Source: Bacteroidales bacterium UBA3717 (GTDB lineage Bacteria; Bacteroidota; Bacteroidia; Bacteroidales; Paludibacteraceae). From it: 64,000 nucleotides of DNA. The DNA is taken from NCBI GenBank assembly GCA_002372695.1, contig DFHS01000022.1, forward strand, positions 6,284-70,283, written 5' to 3'. Within the stretch, counting starts at the first letter, position 1; every line of letters starts with the position of its first letter. The notes beneath the pieces were generated by a model. It made no database searches and was not told where the DNA came from. It saw nothing but the letters and a program-made list of their open reading frames with translations. This document shows positions 62,860 to 64,000 of the stretch, in pieces. The position numbers and the translations under genes were made by a program.

Positions 62860-62892
62860 ATTACTACTCAATTACTACCTTTTTACTACTCT
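62860..62892. repeat. Tandem word array, 11-nt unit x3 (ATTACTACTCA)
   Basis: Sequence is attactactca attactacctt tttactactct, 28 nt upstream of the SIR2-like ATG. Confidence 0.9.
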
Positions 62893-62898
62893 TTTGCA

Positions 62899-63027
62899 TT
62901 TTCTTTGCAAATAAAAACTCGCTTAAAATCAGGCATTTACAACAAATGCGGATTTTCTTTGCAAATAAAAACTCGCTTAAAATCAGGCATTTACAACAAA
63001 TGCGGATTTTCTTTGCAAATAAAAACT
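62899..63027. repeat. 54-bp tandem repeat x2.4
   Basis: ttttctttgcaaataaaaactcgcttaaaatcaggcatttacaacaaatgcgga occurs at 62899 and 62953, with 21 nt of a third copy at 63007. The copies are identical. Confidence 0.95.
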
Positions 63028-63029
63028 TT

Positions 63030-63721
63030 TCAATCTTCATTTATCTTTGTCAGCACCTTTTCCGGATTTAGCAGTTCCATTACCAAATGATGTACCTTTG
63101 TACAGGGTTTGTGAGTGGCGTAGTTGGTGTCATGGTAGAAAGCTTCCAAACGCTCTGCGTGACGGATAGCCATATCTAAGTTACCATATTGACATAAGAT
63201 AGCAAAAGTGGCTCTGTCATTCTTGGCATAGGAATACTCGGGTTCATATTTGCGGATTTCTCGGTTGAGTGCTTCTATGTACTGCGCACGAGTAATAGGA
63301 GTATCCAAGTACTGAAAGTGTAGGTAGTACCACAACTCAAACGATTCATTCGACCAAGCAGCATTGATGTCGTTGGAGCGAGCAAGATCTATTGCTTCGT
63401 TGAAGTCTATGAAATCGTCTTTGTCAAATACCGTCCATACACGGTCGTATTCAATAGGACTTTTGTCTCTTTCTTCCATTGCTGTACGAACCAAGCGGCA
63501 CGTGCTCTCACCCATTCCGAGGACATCGACCGACAACACTCTTGAATTACGTCCGCCGACTAAGGCTTTGAAATAATTAGGCCGGTTTGCTCTCCTTCAC
63601 AGACAATAAGATAGTTGAGGTGAACCCTGCGAGTAGCCACCTTGCGTTTCTTATCGTGTTTCTCTTTGCGCGTGCGTTCACGCAGTTCACGAATCGCACG
63701 GCTTGACATTGCCTTTGCCAT
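63030..63721 (-). pseudogene. RloB-like (Toprim-type) gene interrupted by a 1-nt frameshift
   Basis: The N-terminal frame from the ATG at 63721 gives ...HLNYLIVCEGEQT and stops at 63560-63562. The C-terminal frame (open from 63596) continues PNYFKAL...VWTVFDKDDF...AAWSNESFELWYYLHF. The shift lies at about 63582. Confidence 0.75.
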
Positions 63722-63725
63722 AAGA

Positions 63726-64000
63726 TTACCAGTTATAGTTTACGTAAGGAATAGCGCCGTAACGACCTTTGATGTAGTCCTTCTCAAAGCTACGGTCGTT
63801 GCGTACCTTGACACCATCTGCGTCCTTGAACTCTACCAACGAATAGAGATCCGATGCCTCTTGTTTGTCTTTCTCAACAAACCAAATCTCGTCACGGCGC
63901 AAACACTTTGCGCTTAATAAGTTTGAATCGTGCGTGGCGAAAATAAGTTGGCCATGTCCGGTGTTGAGTTTTGAGTCATTAAACATCTTTATGATATATG
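63726..64000 (-). CDS. AAA/ABC-type ATPase (AAA_21-like), C-terminal fragment; gene continues beyond the window
   Basis: C-terminus QLIFATHDSNLL...RRDEIWFVEKDKQEASDLYSLVEFK...GRYGAIP. The stop is 4 nt before the rloB-like ATG. Confidence 0.7.
   Translation of the reverse strand, partial: YIIKMFNDSKLNTGHGQLIFATHDSNLLSAKCLRRDEIWFVEKDKQEASDLYSLVEFKDADGVKVRNDRSFEKDYIKGRYGAIPYVNYNW

Noticed and set aside
1117-62892. The word arrays as assembly or sequencing artefacts, or as ordinary low-complexity noise.
   Set aside because: They preserve reading frames in many genes and recur as defined word families at distant loci. Their borders coincide precisely with start and stop codons. Artefacts cannot be fully excluded without reads.
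62899-63027. The 54-bp tandem repeat as a CRISPR array.
   Set aside because: The units are directly adjacent with no spacers. There are only 2.4 copies, no cas genes, and the repeat length is atypical.

Overview
64-kb chromosomal segment of a Bacteroidota genome, Bacteroidales/Prevotellaceae-like. The taxon call rests on TTTG-N20-TAnnTTTG promoters in front of most transcription units, the absence of Shine-Dalgarno sequences, T9SS-type C-terminal tails, a PPi-dependent PFK, and a GH28/DUF4861/CE12 gene set. I call about 56 protein-coding genes, 2 tRNAs (Lys-UUU, Gln-CUG), 2 gene remnants or pseudogenes, about 12 intrinsic terminators and about 14 promoters. There is no rRNA, CRISPR array, transposase or integrase. 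The backbone is housekeeping: trkH, coaE, dapB-lepB, ilvE, rsmI, ribE, truA, rpsF-rpsR-rplI, rpmE, tkt, leuS, htrA, ispG and pfp. By eye, four patches look AT-richer and accessory. (1) 20.6-31.4 kb holds a 2258-aa Ig-repeat T9SS surface protein, a secreted protein / S24-S26-like peptidase / PqqD-like operon, and a second T9SS protein. (2) 39.7-44.4 kb holds a kinase-like protein, a hypothetical, a T9SS-tail protein and a DUF4143 ATPase. (3) 47.5-49.8 kb holds a Fic protein directly behind leuS plus a paralogous T9SS-tail protein. (4) 60.3-64 kb is a defence-like patch: a TM protein behind a long structured leader, a SIR2-like protein, a 54-bp tandem repeat, a frameshifted RloB-like gene and a partial AAA ATPase. 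The most unusual signal is not a gene. About 36 short tandem word arrays (units of 7-16 nt, 2-8 imperfect copies) sit exactly at start/stop-codon junctions. At least 14 CDSs read through them in frame, including conserved enzymes. The same word families recur at distant loci. Other leads are two covarying structured elements upstream of the paralogous T9SS-tail cassettes, a candidate small transcript upstream of dapB, and a riboswitch-like leader in the defence patch. All calls come from reading the sequence and the ORF translations. No database searches were run.
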